This document shows, one piece after another, positions 47,339-58,225 of a stretch of DNA of 64,000 nt. Under the pieces are notes generated by a model. That model ran no database searches. It had not been told where the DNA came from and saw only the letters and a list, made by a program, of their open reading frames with translations. Position numbers and translations under genes: made by a program. The stretch is taken from NCBI RefSeq assembly GCF_964188315.1, contig NC_135655.1:81406001-81470000 (forward strand), read 5' to 3'. Numbering within the stretch: the stretch's first letter is position 1; each line of letters begins with the position of its first letter. This DNA comes from Podarcis muralis (Eukaryota).

Positions 47339-47584
47339 CAGTGGTACCTCTGGTTGCGAATGGGATCCATTCTGGAGGCCTGTGCACAACCTGACAAGAA
47401 CGCAACCCGCGTCTGGGCACACACGGGTCGCTATTCGCCACTTCTGCACATGCGTGTGATGTCATTTTGTGAGCATGTGCGAGCGGTGAAACCGAAAAGT
47501 AACCCTTTCCAGTACTTCCGGGTCGCCACGGGACACAACCTGAAAACACGCAACCAGAAGCAAACGTAACATGAGGTACGACTG
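47339..47584. mobile_element. Related mariner-type MITE, TA TSD
   Basis: TA-CAGTGGTACCTC...GAGGTACGACTG-TA. Confidence 0.88.
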
Positions 47585-47744
47585 TATACAGCATTGAGAA
47601 TGCTCTTTACAGTTTGGTCACTTCACCTCAAATAATATTGTAGGTTGGAAAATGTTCTGAAACGGGTGACCAAAATGATAATGGAGGTGGAATAACTTCC
47701 CTATGAGGAAAGGTCACAGCATTTGCAGCCTTTCATTTCAGAGT

Positions 47745-48400
47745 GAGACCTTGTCAGCAAAGAACACTCGTGCTCCGAAATCTTCACCGGTTGCCATTTT
47801 GCTCCCGGGCCAAGTTCAAGGTGTTACTATTCGTATATAAAGCCCTGAAGAACTTGGGACCAGTTTACCTGCAAGATTGCCTTACCCCATATATGCCCAC
47901 TCAACCTCTCCAATCTGCAGAACTGGCACTGTTACAGGTGCTGCGTGGTATTTGTTCCACATTGGTAAGAAATCAATCTTTCAGCGTGGCATCACCCACA
48001 TGCTGAAGTCCCTGCCTATTGACATTAGACTGGCACCATCACTGTACAGTGGTACCTCTGGTTAAGAACGTAATTTGTTCCGGAGATCTGTTCTTAACCT
48101 GAAACTGTTCTTAACCTGAGGTACCAGTTTAGCTAATGGGGCCTCCCACTGCTGTTGCACCGCTGCCATGCGATTTCTGTTCTCATCCTGAAGCAAAGTT
48201 CTTAACCCAAGGTACTATTTCTGGGTTAGCAGAGTCTGTAACCTGAAGCGTCTGTAACCCGAGGTACCACTGTACTCTTTTCAGCACCTGCTAAAAACAT
48301 TTTGGTTTAGATAAGCCTACTCAGATATGTAGGAAGTTGATGTATCTTTTAATGTTTTTAGTTTATCACTGATTTAATCTTTTGAATGTTTTAAAGTTTT
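47745..48400 (+). mobile_element. Older degraded L2 3' fragment interrupted by a mariner-type MITE
   Basis: Translates LHRLPFCSRAKFKVLLFVYKALKNLGPVYLQDCL, homologous to the intact L2 C-terminus. Confidence 0.75.
48047..48272. mobile_element. Second copy of the same mariner-type MITE, TA TSD
   Basis: High similarity to 3973-4190; intact TIRs. Confidence 0.92.
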
Positions 48401-49812
48401 CCCTTATGTTTTTATCAACAATCTTATTCTTTTATTCTTTTTGAGCTTTGAGATTTTCTATGCTATGTATACATTTTATGAAATAAAAAAAAAGAAGAGA
48501 AATAACTGTTCAATTAATTATGGACTACCTTGTCTGAGATCTGTCCACAGTTTGCGACAATTACCTATTACCTCCATTGTGGGAAAGTTGGGACAGAAAG
48601 GTTGTAATGAGCTTATCATAAGTTATTGGCCTTCGGGAGTTTATTTGTTTGTTTAAAATACTTCCAACTGTAGGATTCTGAAGTGGAGGCTGATGTTCTC
48701 CTAAAACAATGAACAAAAAATATCAGGCAACCCTACTGGGGATAATTCACTTCTTTCAGAGAAAAATAAATAGTACCCTAATTGACTTGAGAATTAGATA
48801 ATGGCAGGACATGGAAGAGGGTGCTGCTTTGATTCCACTGTAATTTCAGTGAAGGGAGAAGGTTTAAACACCTCTTCCCACCCTAGCACACAAATCAGAT
48901 TCATGCTAAGTACCATTGCTATTCTGGATTTAAAAATGGACAAAGCTGAGTGGGGCAAGAATAATACTGTCCCTCCAGCACACTAATATTTAATGGGACT
49001 GCACTTAACTCATTCCTGTTTGGTACCAAAATCCCAAGAAAGGACGTTGCAAGCAGGTGCACCGCATCCGACTTTTGACTGTGGTTGTGTGAGTCTGAGG
49101 AAACCTAACCAGGTAAGAAGAGATTATGTTACAGGTATAGTCAGTAACAGACAGGTTCTTTCCATGTTGGTGTCAAAGTCAGATTCATGGCTGAGCAAGG
49201 GTTTGAACCCAGTTTTGAGCCCACCATCCCATCTGGTTCTCACTACAGGAGAGATGGACTATGCAGCCCCCAAAGCTCTGAGGATTGGGAAATAGAAAGC
49301 TGCAGTTGAGAGATGAGGAACCTCCCTCTTGTTCAGAACTGTGTTAGTACGTCATGGGGGGGGGGGGGAGACAAAGAAGTTTTTGGCACCTTAAAGGATA
49401 ATAAATTTATCATAAGTTTCATGAACTCAGGATAACATGGGATGTCTCTGATGAAGTGGTCTGTACTCCATGGAAGCTTAGTCATGATACCTTTGTTACT
49501 CTTCAGAGTACCACAAGACTGCTTTTGTCATTTTTTAAAAGCACAATAGCACTTGTCCATTTCACAGTGGAGAAAGGGTCCATTCCACAAACACTGGCTC
49601 TCCCTTACATTGGTTCATTCATTTTTCCAAGGCTTTGGAAACAACGTTCTCTTCCTGCAATGTTGTGGAGCTACACATCTGGCTAGTTTATTAAAGGGAA
49701 AAGATGAAGATGAGCAGTAGCCTGGCAACTCACCTTCTGAACATTCGCACCAAGTTTATATCCCCAACAGCATTATGGATGAAGACCTGAAGCTAGAGAT
49801 AGACAGTGGGAG

Positions 49813-49937
49813 AAGGGCCATAGCTCAGTGGTAGAACATCTGCTTTGCATGCAGAAGGTCTCCGGTTCAAACCCTCACATCTCCAGCATGTGGTGGAGGA
49901 AGAAGGGACAATATCAGGCAGAGTCCTATGTTCCTAC
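49813..49937 (+). mobile_element. tRNA-Ala(TGC)-derived SINE (Squam3-like), internally deleted
   Basis: TAGCTCAGTGG A box, TCTGC-TTTGCAT-GCAGA anticodon arm, GGTTCAAAC B box, CCTATGTTCCTA end; acceptor stem does not pair. Confidence 0.75.
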
Positions 49938-50784
49938 ACTTGGGTTTGTTTGTTTTTTAGTGCTTTGCATGAGGTACACATCTCATGACTGAAATATGAA
50001 GGGCAGACCAGCAGAGATGGATAATCTTTCCAAAACAGCAATGTGAGGGAATTTCCTTAAGAACATAAGAAGACCCTTACTGGATGAGACCAAAGGCATC
50101 ATCCAACATCTTCTTTCCCACAGTGGTCAACCAAACACCTATGGGAAGCCCAGAAGTACCTCCTGCCATTGTGCCCCCAGTGGCTGGCATTGGGAGACCC
50201 ACTCCTCTGATCCTGAAGACAGCATATCTAGCCACCATCACAAGCAGCAGGCACTGATCACCTTGACCTCCACGAATTTGTCGAATCCTTTTTTAGTTGG
50301 TGACCTTACCGTTAGCACACCTAACGGTAGTGATTCCCCTTGTTTGAAAAAAGCTATATGAAGTCCTTCCCCCACCCCAACCCATCCTGAATCTCTTGCT
50401 TTTTTGCTTCACTGGATGACCTGGGCAGCCACAATGAAGATGGAGGGAATAAATAAGACTTCTCTCTGGGCTCATTCACACTTCTGTTTGTCCTGTGAAT
50501 TCTGAGCGTGGGTTGGGGAGGTTTTTATTTCATCCCACTGCTTTCCCTGGGTGGGAAAACCCACAGTTTACTGCTGAATCAAAACGAATGGCAATTGAGT
50601 TTTCTGCAGATAGATGTTTGTTCTGATTCAGCAATAAACAGTGGCTTTTCTCAGGGAAAGTGACAGGATGGGGAAAAAACAACAACCTCTCAGACCTGTG
50701 CCAAGAATTCACAGGAAAAATGGACATCACAGAATAAAGGTAAGAGTGAATGAGCCTTAAGTCCACTCTCTCCAGACCAATCAC

Positions 50785-50836
<52 letters not shown>

Positions 50837-50912
50837 TTTATTATTTATACCCCGCCCATCTGGCTGGGCCTCCCCAGCCACTCTGGGCGGCTTCCATAAA
50901 AACCAAAAAAAC
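50785..50912 (-). mobile_element. Short 3' fragment of the young L2 family with (AAT)n tail
   Basis: Near-identical to the L2 3' end at 37790-37850. Confidence 0.85.
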
Positions 50913-52419
50913 CAAAATTGTATCACACTCGTCGTCCCCCCACCAAAATTGTATCACAATTGTATCACACTCGCCCCCCCACCAAACCCCCCCACATTTT
51001 TTGCAAATTACTTTTTTTTTAGCCCAGATACCGCAGTAGTAGCAGGGTGCCTATATAAAATGAACAGCTCATGCTCCTGGGGAAATCGTCTGACTATGAG
51101 AAAACACCGAGCAAAACTATTCACTTGTGAGACTAAGGGGAGATTGCTGGCTGCCCTGATTTCTCCCTGTGGTTCTCACTTGTGGGCTTGCGTAGTGGGA
51201 CCAGTGCAATGGGTTGCTGCCAGGACTGGGTAAGGCTGCTCATTCATGAAAAAGGAAGGCTGGCCACTTCAGTAATGCCACCAGGAGATGGGGGTCCTGG
51301 TCGATACTGGGTGTGTTGAGATGTCTATTGACCTGAGTTTGGTTGGCAGTGGGTGGGACCTGTGCACAAATTAGTTATCAAGATAGGAAGAAGATGAAAG
51401 GAAATGCAACATGAACACAGGTCTTGATGTAACTCTACTACATTATCGACTATATTATTACATTCAGCTTGAGGGTCTCAATTCCTGCTTATAAAACAAA
51501 GTAGGGTTTGCAGGTGATTACTACACCGCTAACAACAGCAATTCAGTGTATTATACAAAAATGGAAAAATAAAAATCCTCCTGCCATAACCGACTGGTTA
51601 GGGCAAACCTGGCAAACTATCTTAATGATTAAACTTACATAAAAGGGAAATACAACTCCTCCTAGTGGTGCAGCAATAAAACTGTCAGGATATTTGCTAA
51701 GCTAAGCAGGGTCCAGTATGGTTTCAAATTGAGAACACTTTAATTTACCGTATACTATGGAAATTTAATTCAGTGTGTGGCCCATGGGTTCTGTGTTGCA
51801 GCCCTCTTGGCCTGAGAGGTTGGACAGCCCTGAGGTAAATGATGATATTTTCCCTCTTAATTTATTCACAGTACTATAGAGGGTTTTTTTTTTTGCTATT
51901 TTGTCTCTCTCCCCAATCACATGTCATGTTCTTTCTTTCTTCCTTTCTATGCCATTTGCTTTCTTTTTCTTCTTCACAAGGAAGAATGCTTAATGCATAA
52001 TGGTTTTGGCTACAAATTGTAAAAAATATAATATGAATAAAATTATTTAACATAAAATAAGGCAGGGATAAGGAACCTGTGGCTTTCCATGGGTTGTTGT
52101 ACCCCAGTTTCCATCAACCCCAGCCAGCATGGCCAACAATCAGGGATGATGGGAGTTGTAGTCCAGGAATATCTGGAGAACTACAAGTTCTGTATTCCTG
52201 AAATAAGTGGTGATTATAATGACTTAAGCATTAAGTATGCTGTGAGGGGGAAACACAGATTAATCACATGACGTTTAAAATAATACTAATAATTACAAAG
52301 CATCTATTTCATATTCATGCAGTGGCACTTCTATATTGTTGTTGTTGTTACTTTTATTATTACCTGCCTTTTCCCTAGAACTCAAGGTGTACATATAAAG
52401 TATAATAGTTAAAAAGAAA

Positions 52420-52770
52420 TTCAACTATAATCCTATAAAAACAGTATAAGAACAAATTGTTAAAACACAGATAGTAAAAACAACAACAGCACCACACTAT
52501 TAAAAGCCCTTTCCTTAAAAACAATCATTTCCCCCAAAACGTGTTGGAATTGAATATTCTTCACCTGCAGATGGAAGGAGAACAAGGAGGGAGCCCGTTT
52601 AACTTCTCTAGGAAGGGAGTTCCAAAGTCTGGGAGCTGCCAGCAAAAAAGGTCTTCTCTCTTCTCCTCACCAAGCATGTCTGTGAGAATGACGGGACTGG
52701 AAGAAGGCCTCTTCCAAAGATCTTAGAGCCCGGGCAGGTTCATATGGGAGGATATTGTCCTTCAGACACC
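52420..52770 (-). mobile_element. Older L2 3' fragment
   Basis: Minus strand gives CLKDNILPYEPARALRS...APRLWNSLPREV. Confidence 0.75.
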
Positions 52771-52951
52771 CTACATTTGTGATGATTGCCACATTTACAA
52801 TACAGTGTAACATAGATGTATGGAGAAAGAAGTGAAACATCTGAGGTTGATAATCATGCCAAGAATTTGAGTACCACACATTCCAGTGAAATAACTGAGA
52901 ACAGCATATTGATGTTTAACCCACTGTTTCTTTTGTACAGTGACTGATGAG

Positions 52952-53914
52952 ATGTCCTTGGCACTTGCAAAACAGAGAAACCAATCCATTGCCTATGAGT
53001 TTATCTTCCGGGCATTCTCCACCGTTCCTGAGATCCAGGGTCTTCTCTTCACGTTCTTCCTTCTGCTCTACCTCATCATCCTCTTCGGCAATGTCTCCAT
53101 CATCTGGGTGACCTGCACAGATCATTCCCTACGCGTCCCCATGTATTTCTTCCTGGGCAACCTCTCTTTTCTGGAGATCTGTTACACCACTGTAACAGTG
53201 CCTCAACTGCTGTCCAGCATCTTAGATGCCCACAGACCAATTCCAGTTGCAAGCTGTGGCATACAGATGTTCTTCTTTCTGGCACTAGGGGGCATGGACT
53301 GTTTCATGCTGGCCGTCATGGCATATGACCGTTACGTTGCCATTTGCCACCCACTTCGCTACAGCCTCATCATGACCTGGCAGGTATGCACATGGCTCGT
53401 GGTTGGCTCACTAATGCTTGGTATTGTGGTTTCATTGGAGCTGACAGTGCTGATCTTCACCTTGCCTTTCTGTGGCCACCAGCCCGAAATCAACCATTTC
53501 CTGTGTGACGTGCCACCTGTGTTGCGCCTGGCATGTGCCGACACACGTGTGCACCAGACTGTGCTGTACAGTGTTGCTGTCACAGTCCTGACTATTCCCT
53601 TTATTATAATATGCATCTCCTACATCTACATTGTGACTGCCATCTTGCGGATCCGCTCAACAACTGGGCGGCAACAGGCCTTCTCCACCTGCTCCTCCCA
53701 CTTGACAGTGGTGATCATACAGTATGGGTGCTGCAGCCTTGTCTACCTGCGTCCCAAGACAGATTCGTCAGAGGATGACGACCGCCATCTTGCTCTCATA
53801 TACACTTTTGTCACTCCACTGCTAAACCCCCTCATCTACAGCCTGAGGAACAAGGATGTCAAGCAGGCTCTAAAGAAGGTGATTAGGACCAGAGCTGGAA
53901 CTAGGGTGGGGTAA
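52952..53914 (+). CDS. OR10Q1: Olfactory receptor, family 10, OR10Q1-like copy B (320 aa from ATG 52952, intact)
   Basis: Paralog of copy A (22 aa differences in the first 309 residues); same acceptor at 52927-52940. The ORF track's GTG start at 52940 overlaps the splice site, so ATG 52952 is preferred. Confidence 0.9.
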   Translation: MSLALAKQRNQSIAYEFIFRAFSTVPEIQGLLFTFFLLLYLIILFGNVSIIWVTCTDHSLRVPMYFFLGNLSFLEICYTTVTVPQLLSSILDAHRPIPVASCGIQMFFFLALGGMDCFMLAVMAYDRYVAICHPLRYSLIMTWQVCTWLVVGSLMLGIVVSLELTVLIFTLPFCGHQPEINHFLCDVPPVLRLACADTRVHQTVLYSVAVTVLTIPFIIICISYIYIVTAILRIRSTTGRQQAFSTCSSHLTVVIIQYGCCSLVYLRPKTDSSEDDDRHLALIYTFVTPLLNPLIYSLRNKDVKQALKKVIRTRAGTRVG

Positions 53915-54646
53915 GCAGGGTCCTTGCCATGGGTGCCTGATTCAAGAGAGGAGCCACACTGAGAACAAATGTTTTTAGAACTGGGACTTTACCAGAGGCC
54001 AGTGGGATTGCTATTATTGACATGTGGGCATGTTTGTAGACCTAATGTTATCCCTGATCCTCAGGTCATAGCTTTGACCAGCACACACAATATTTGGCGG
54101 TGTACAGCAAGATTTACAGGATAAATATAATGCAATTAATCACAAAATTGAATAATGATAAAAATGGCTGGTTCGTCTTAAAAGTTTAAACCACAGAACA
54201 GGCCTGTTGACAGCATTCCCACGGAGATTCAGCAGGTGTCTCTCCTACCTGCACTTTACAGAAATGAAGACTTTTTTGTTTAGGCAAGCTTTCCTAGATG
54301 GAAGTCTCTGCCACAGGTGACCATTTTGCATAGTGTTTGAAATTATTTTCTGTTACTCTTGTGTTGTTTCATCACTGTGTTTTAGTTGGTCCGTTCTATT
54401 TTTACATAGCCTTGAGGGAAAGTGATCAATAAATAGAAACAACAGGCACCACAATAATAATAAAAACAACTGCTCAATTAGTTCTTGACTACCTTGGATG
54501 GAAACTTCTTTTCTACTGCTCTGGAAGGTAGAACTTGAACCAATGCATTCAAGTTACAAGAAAGGAGATTCTGACTACCAGGAAGAACTTTCTGATGTAT
54601 GAGCTGCTCAATAGTGGAACGGTCTCCCTCAGGAGGTTGTGGACTC

Positions 54647-55063
54647 CAGGGGTGTAGTTGGGGCCCGTGGCACTCCCATGACAGGCTCCCTCAGTTGCCA
54701 AGCCATGCCCAGGCTGCGCATTCAGGGCTAGGGCAGCAGCAGGGGTGCCTCTTTCTCCTCATGGCCGGCAAAGGGATGTCCACACACCCGCCACCCTTGG
54801 GCAGTTGACAGAGAGGGATGCGGTGGGTGCCACCACCACCACCCACCAAGGAGAGGCAAGAGGCTCTCGCGGCCTCCTCCTTTGCAAATGGGGTGCCCCT
54901 TCGAGCCCCCTTCTCCCTCCCCTCGTCTCCCTTGTCTCTGGCTCAGGCTGCTGAGGTTTGGTCTGTGGTGAGGACTTGGGGCTGGCATGGCCATCCTCCA
55001 CTCCCCACCCCATCCCGGTGCATGCATACATGCTCCAGGCGCAGAGGACCCACACCACGCCAC
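54647..55063. mobile_element. GC-rich hAT-type MITE with exact 8-bp TSD GTGGACTC (54639-54646, 55064-55071)
   Basis: CAGGGGTGTAG left end; removing it restores CR1 GTGGACTCTCCTTC. Confidence 0.85.
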
Positions 55064-55150
55064 GTGGACTCTCCTTCATTGGAGGTTCTAAGGCAGAGAT
55101 TGAATAGCCATCTGTCACTGATGCTTTAGCTGGGGGTCAGACTAAAGGAC

Positions 55151-55594
55151 TGTCAGGAGCTCGTCCTACTCTCGAGTAGGACCCTGGCAGAGACACATGT
55201 CTGACTGGCATGTTCCCTCCCTCCTGGTTGATCGTTCGGGAGCTTCAAAAGCTTTCTTCTGCCCGAACATCACAGCGACCGATGCCAACAGACATTGGCA
55301 CACTTAGGGATCCGTAGAGTCTTCGCAGTTTGAGTAACAGACCTCAGCAACTCAGCATTTTGGCTAATCTACTTTATTTACATATAAATACACACAGAGC
55401 ACTGCAACATGGCTCCTTCTCTCTCTAGCATCAGACAGCAAAAGAGAATGAACAAAGGACAATAGTCCCACTTCACGGAACAGTAACACAAACAATCTGT
55501 CCCCATCACTTCCCACTCTGTGCAGTCAAAACATACACCGTCATGTGAAAGACAACAATCCCATGACTGCAGTCATGGAGCAGGAATTCTAACA
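55151..55594 (-). mobile_element. Solo-LTR-like element (ERV-like), TGTTAG...CTGACA, inserted into a CR1 tail
   Basis: TG...CA termini, AATAAA at ~55374-55379 (minus); the CR1 tail resumes on both sides; no convincing TSD. Confidence 0.65.
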
Positions 55595-56899
55595 TCGGCC
55601 CCTGGAGTCCCTTCCAGCTCTACAATTCTACAATTCTATTTAATTTGCATGGTATTTAATTAATGTCATATCAAGAAGACTGATATCTCAAATCTGCAAT
55701 TTATTCTCTTTGTCATTCCATATTGGTTCACAGGTGAGTAATAATGCTTAGGAGATGTATTATCCTTCCCAATTCAAACAGTAGGCACATCACTTTTTAC
55801 ATGAAATTGCAAGCAACATAAGGCACTCATATAAACGGAAGTCATAACTTAAAACAAAAACCAAAAACAAATCTGATGGCTTAGTTGGTAACCTACACAA
55901 CCATTTTAGAGCGGTTCCCTACACGGAGAAGGAAACCATTTGGGTATTTCATGGAGGTAGGTTAGCTGGATCCCATGTGTCACAAGGCAAATATATTAAA
56001 CTTGATCACTTTGGGGATATCATGGAGGATGCAGTAGGAAAACTTCTTCATCCATAGATCTACAAAGATTTACAGGCAGGAGGACATATCTGCGCATTGG
56101 AAAATCTCCTAGCCTCTCTCTTGAAAGAAAGCACATCACAAGAAGCTTCTCATTTTAGCAGTGAAAAGAAGGAGCCAGTACACCAGCACTGTCCTTCCCA
56201 GTTCTGCGTCCTGTGGTGGTGAGTTGTGAACTTGGCAGTAATTCAGTGTGATCCTGCTGCCAAATGCACACTGCTAAAGATGAATCATAACCTGCACAGG
56301 AAAGTGGGAAAAGAGTTCAGGGGGTGGAATTGACTGTTTCACAAGAACCATGGACTGGCTTCTATGGATGTTCACATGCAAACGTTATGGCATGGATTCT
56401 GTTTCCCTAAAGCCGTGTCCTTCAGCCTTTGCTCCCCATTTGTTGTTGGATTAAAGCTCTCATCATCCCTGACCACCGTTGGCTAAGCTTCCTGCAGATA
56501 GTAAGACTTAGTACCTGGGACTGAAGAAACCCATAGATATAAACTCTTATGCTCTTTGTGCTGAGGGTTCTCAGAATTCTATACTGTTAAAGTGGTGTAA
56601 GAGTCTTTTAAATGTCTGGTGTGGATGTGACCTGATGCCATCCATGTGTATTCTTTGAACTGAAGGGCAAGGTATAAATTGAAATCCTTCTGCTACTCAT
56701 CACCTTTCCATTGCAACACTTCCTACAGAGTAGGAGCTCACATGTGATCCCCAGGCAAGTGAGGGAAAGGAGCCAGAATCTGTGGGTATGAAGAAGAGTT
56801 GAGCAGCCCCTTCCCCGCTCCTCCACCCCACAAACAGGGCACTGCTGCCGAATATCTGTTTCCACCCTCAGCTCAATAACAGTAATCTAGAAGCAATAG

Positions 56900-57860
56900 G
56901 ATTTTTAAAAGAATTTTTAATGATTTAAACAAGAACACGTATTCCAATAACACACAAGGATAAAGAAATAAAGAAAAACAATACAGTTGAATTAAAATGT
57001 AACTCACACACACAAAGTATAAATTTAGGACATTTTATTCACATTCCTTGGAAAAAATAATCTAATTGGTGTTGAGAGAGTAGTATTTTTAAACTATATA
57101 TATATAATGGTATTGTCATCTAAGTCTTGTGATATTCTCACTCAAAGCTGAAATGTTATTAAGAATTCCAAATAGCAGCATATTTCAAAGGAGGCATGTG
57201 AACATAGTTGAAAAGGGATCTTGTTTTGTTTGTCCTCCTAGTATATCTTAAATTTTTTTGAGTTAGTTTTTCAGCTTTCACTATGAACCAGATTTGACTA
57301 TGCTACAACTCCTTATTGAATCCTTCTACATATCTCTTTTTTTCTTGCAATAACCATATTGTCAGCTTATAAGTACAAAATCAATTCTTCATCCAAACCA
57401 TCGTCACTTGGCCCATCCCATACCACCAGTAATGCTAATGAAGGGATTGGTATCAAATCTTGTTTTGTTATAAAATTGATTTCTAGGAACACCATTTGCC
57501 TCTGGGCAAGACTGCCACCATAAGAGAAAATGCTTTCCTTTGTGTGTGTGTGTGGGGGGGGGGGGGGTTCTTCAATGCTAACATTTCAGGGACAGATTGG
57601 GGTTAATGTGTGATAAAATTACCAGTGACTAAATATTACTTTATTCTTGAATCTTCGCTGAGATTGATTTCATATGCACCTTGTTCCATGGTATTTCCCA
57701 TTAAATTGGCTCAATAGCATAACACAAATCCTATTCCCAACATTTTTGTAATCCTGTTACGTATCTAACTTTGTCAATATTCTTTGGGTAAATTTGGGTG
57801 ATCTGTCAAAAAATGAAACACATTTTTTAGAAATAATTTATATTTAATTTATTTCCTCTT
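56900..57860 (-). mobile_element. Old, frameshifted L1 ORF2 C-terminal remnant
   Basis: Minus-strand pieces KCWE*DL..WEIPW..KSIS..PNLSLKC, WWQSCP, LILYL..MVIARK; boundaries approximate. Confidence 0.6.
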
Positions 57861-58225
57861 ACTCAAATTCTGGATTATAAATATTTAGCAATGAACTGCA
57901 GTTTATCTCTAAACTTTGAGGGCTAGAAACTGAAGCATAAAACTGGGGCTCCCATTAAGCTCTGATAATCAAAGGACTTGTAATCAAAACACAAAGCTGA
58001 CCATTACAGTTTATTAATGAAATCATTTTTGCCTGGTATGAGCACCTGAGTCCTGGCCTTGATGTTCTCATTAGTCAGTGGACTTGATGTTCTTCCAGGT
58101 AGTATGTTTCCTTTCCTGTTGGAGCCTATTTTTCAATATCAGATACATCCAGGCTCTCTAATTAGCACTGATGCTATCTTGTTTTTCATCCTCATTACTC
58201 TGTAGAACGGGAGCTAGTCGGTTGG

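Larger units (their letters stand above)
54520..55640 (+). mobile_element. CR1 LINE 3' fragment split by two insertions
   Basis: CR1 3' consensus segments and GTCCCTTCCAGCTCTACAATTCT tail. Confidence 0.8.

Noticed and set aside
49813-49886. tRNA-Ala(TGC) gene
   Set aside because: Acceptor and T stems do not pair, and the sequence continues into a SINE tail (CCTATGTTCCTA); SINE head, not a tRNA
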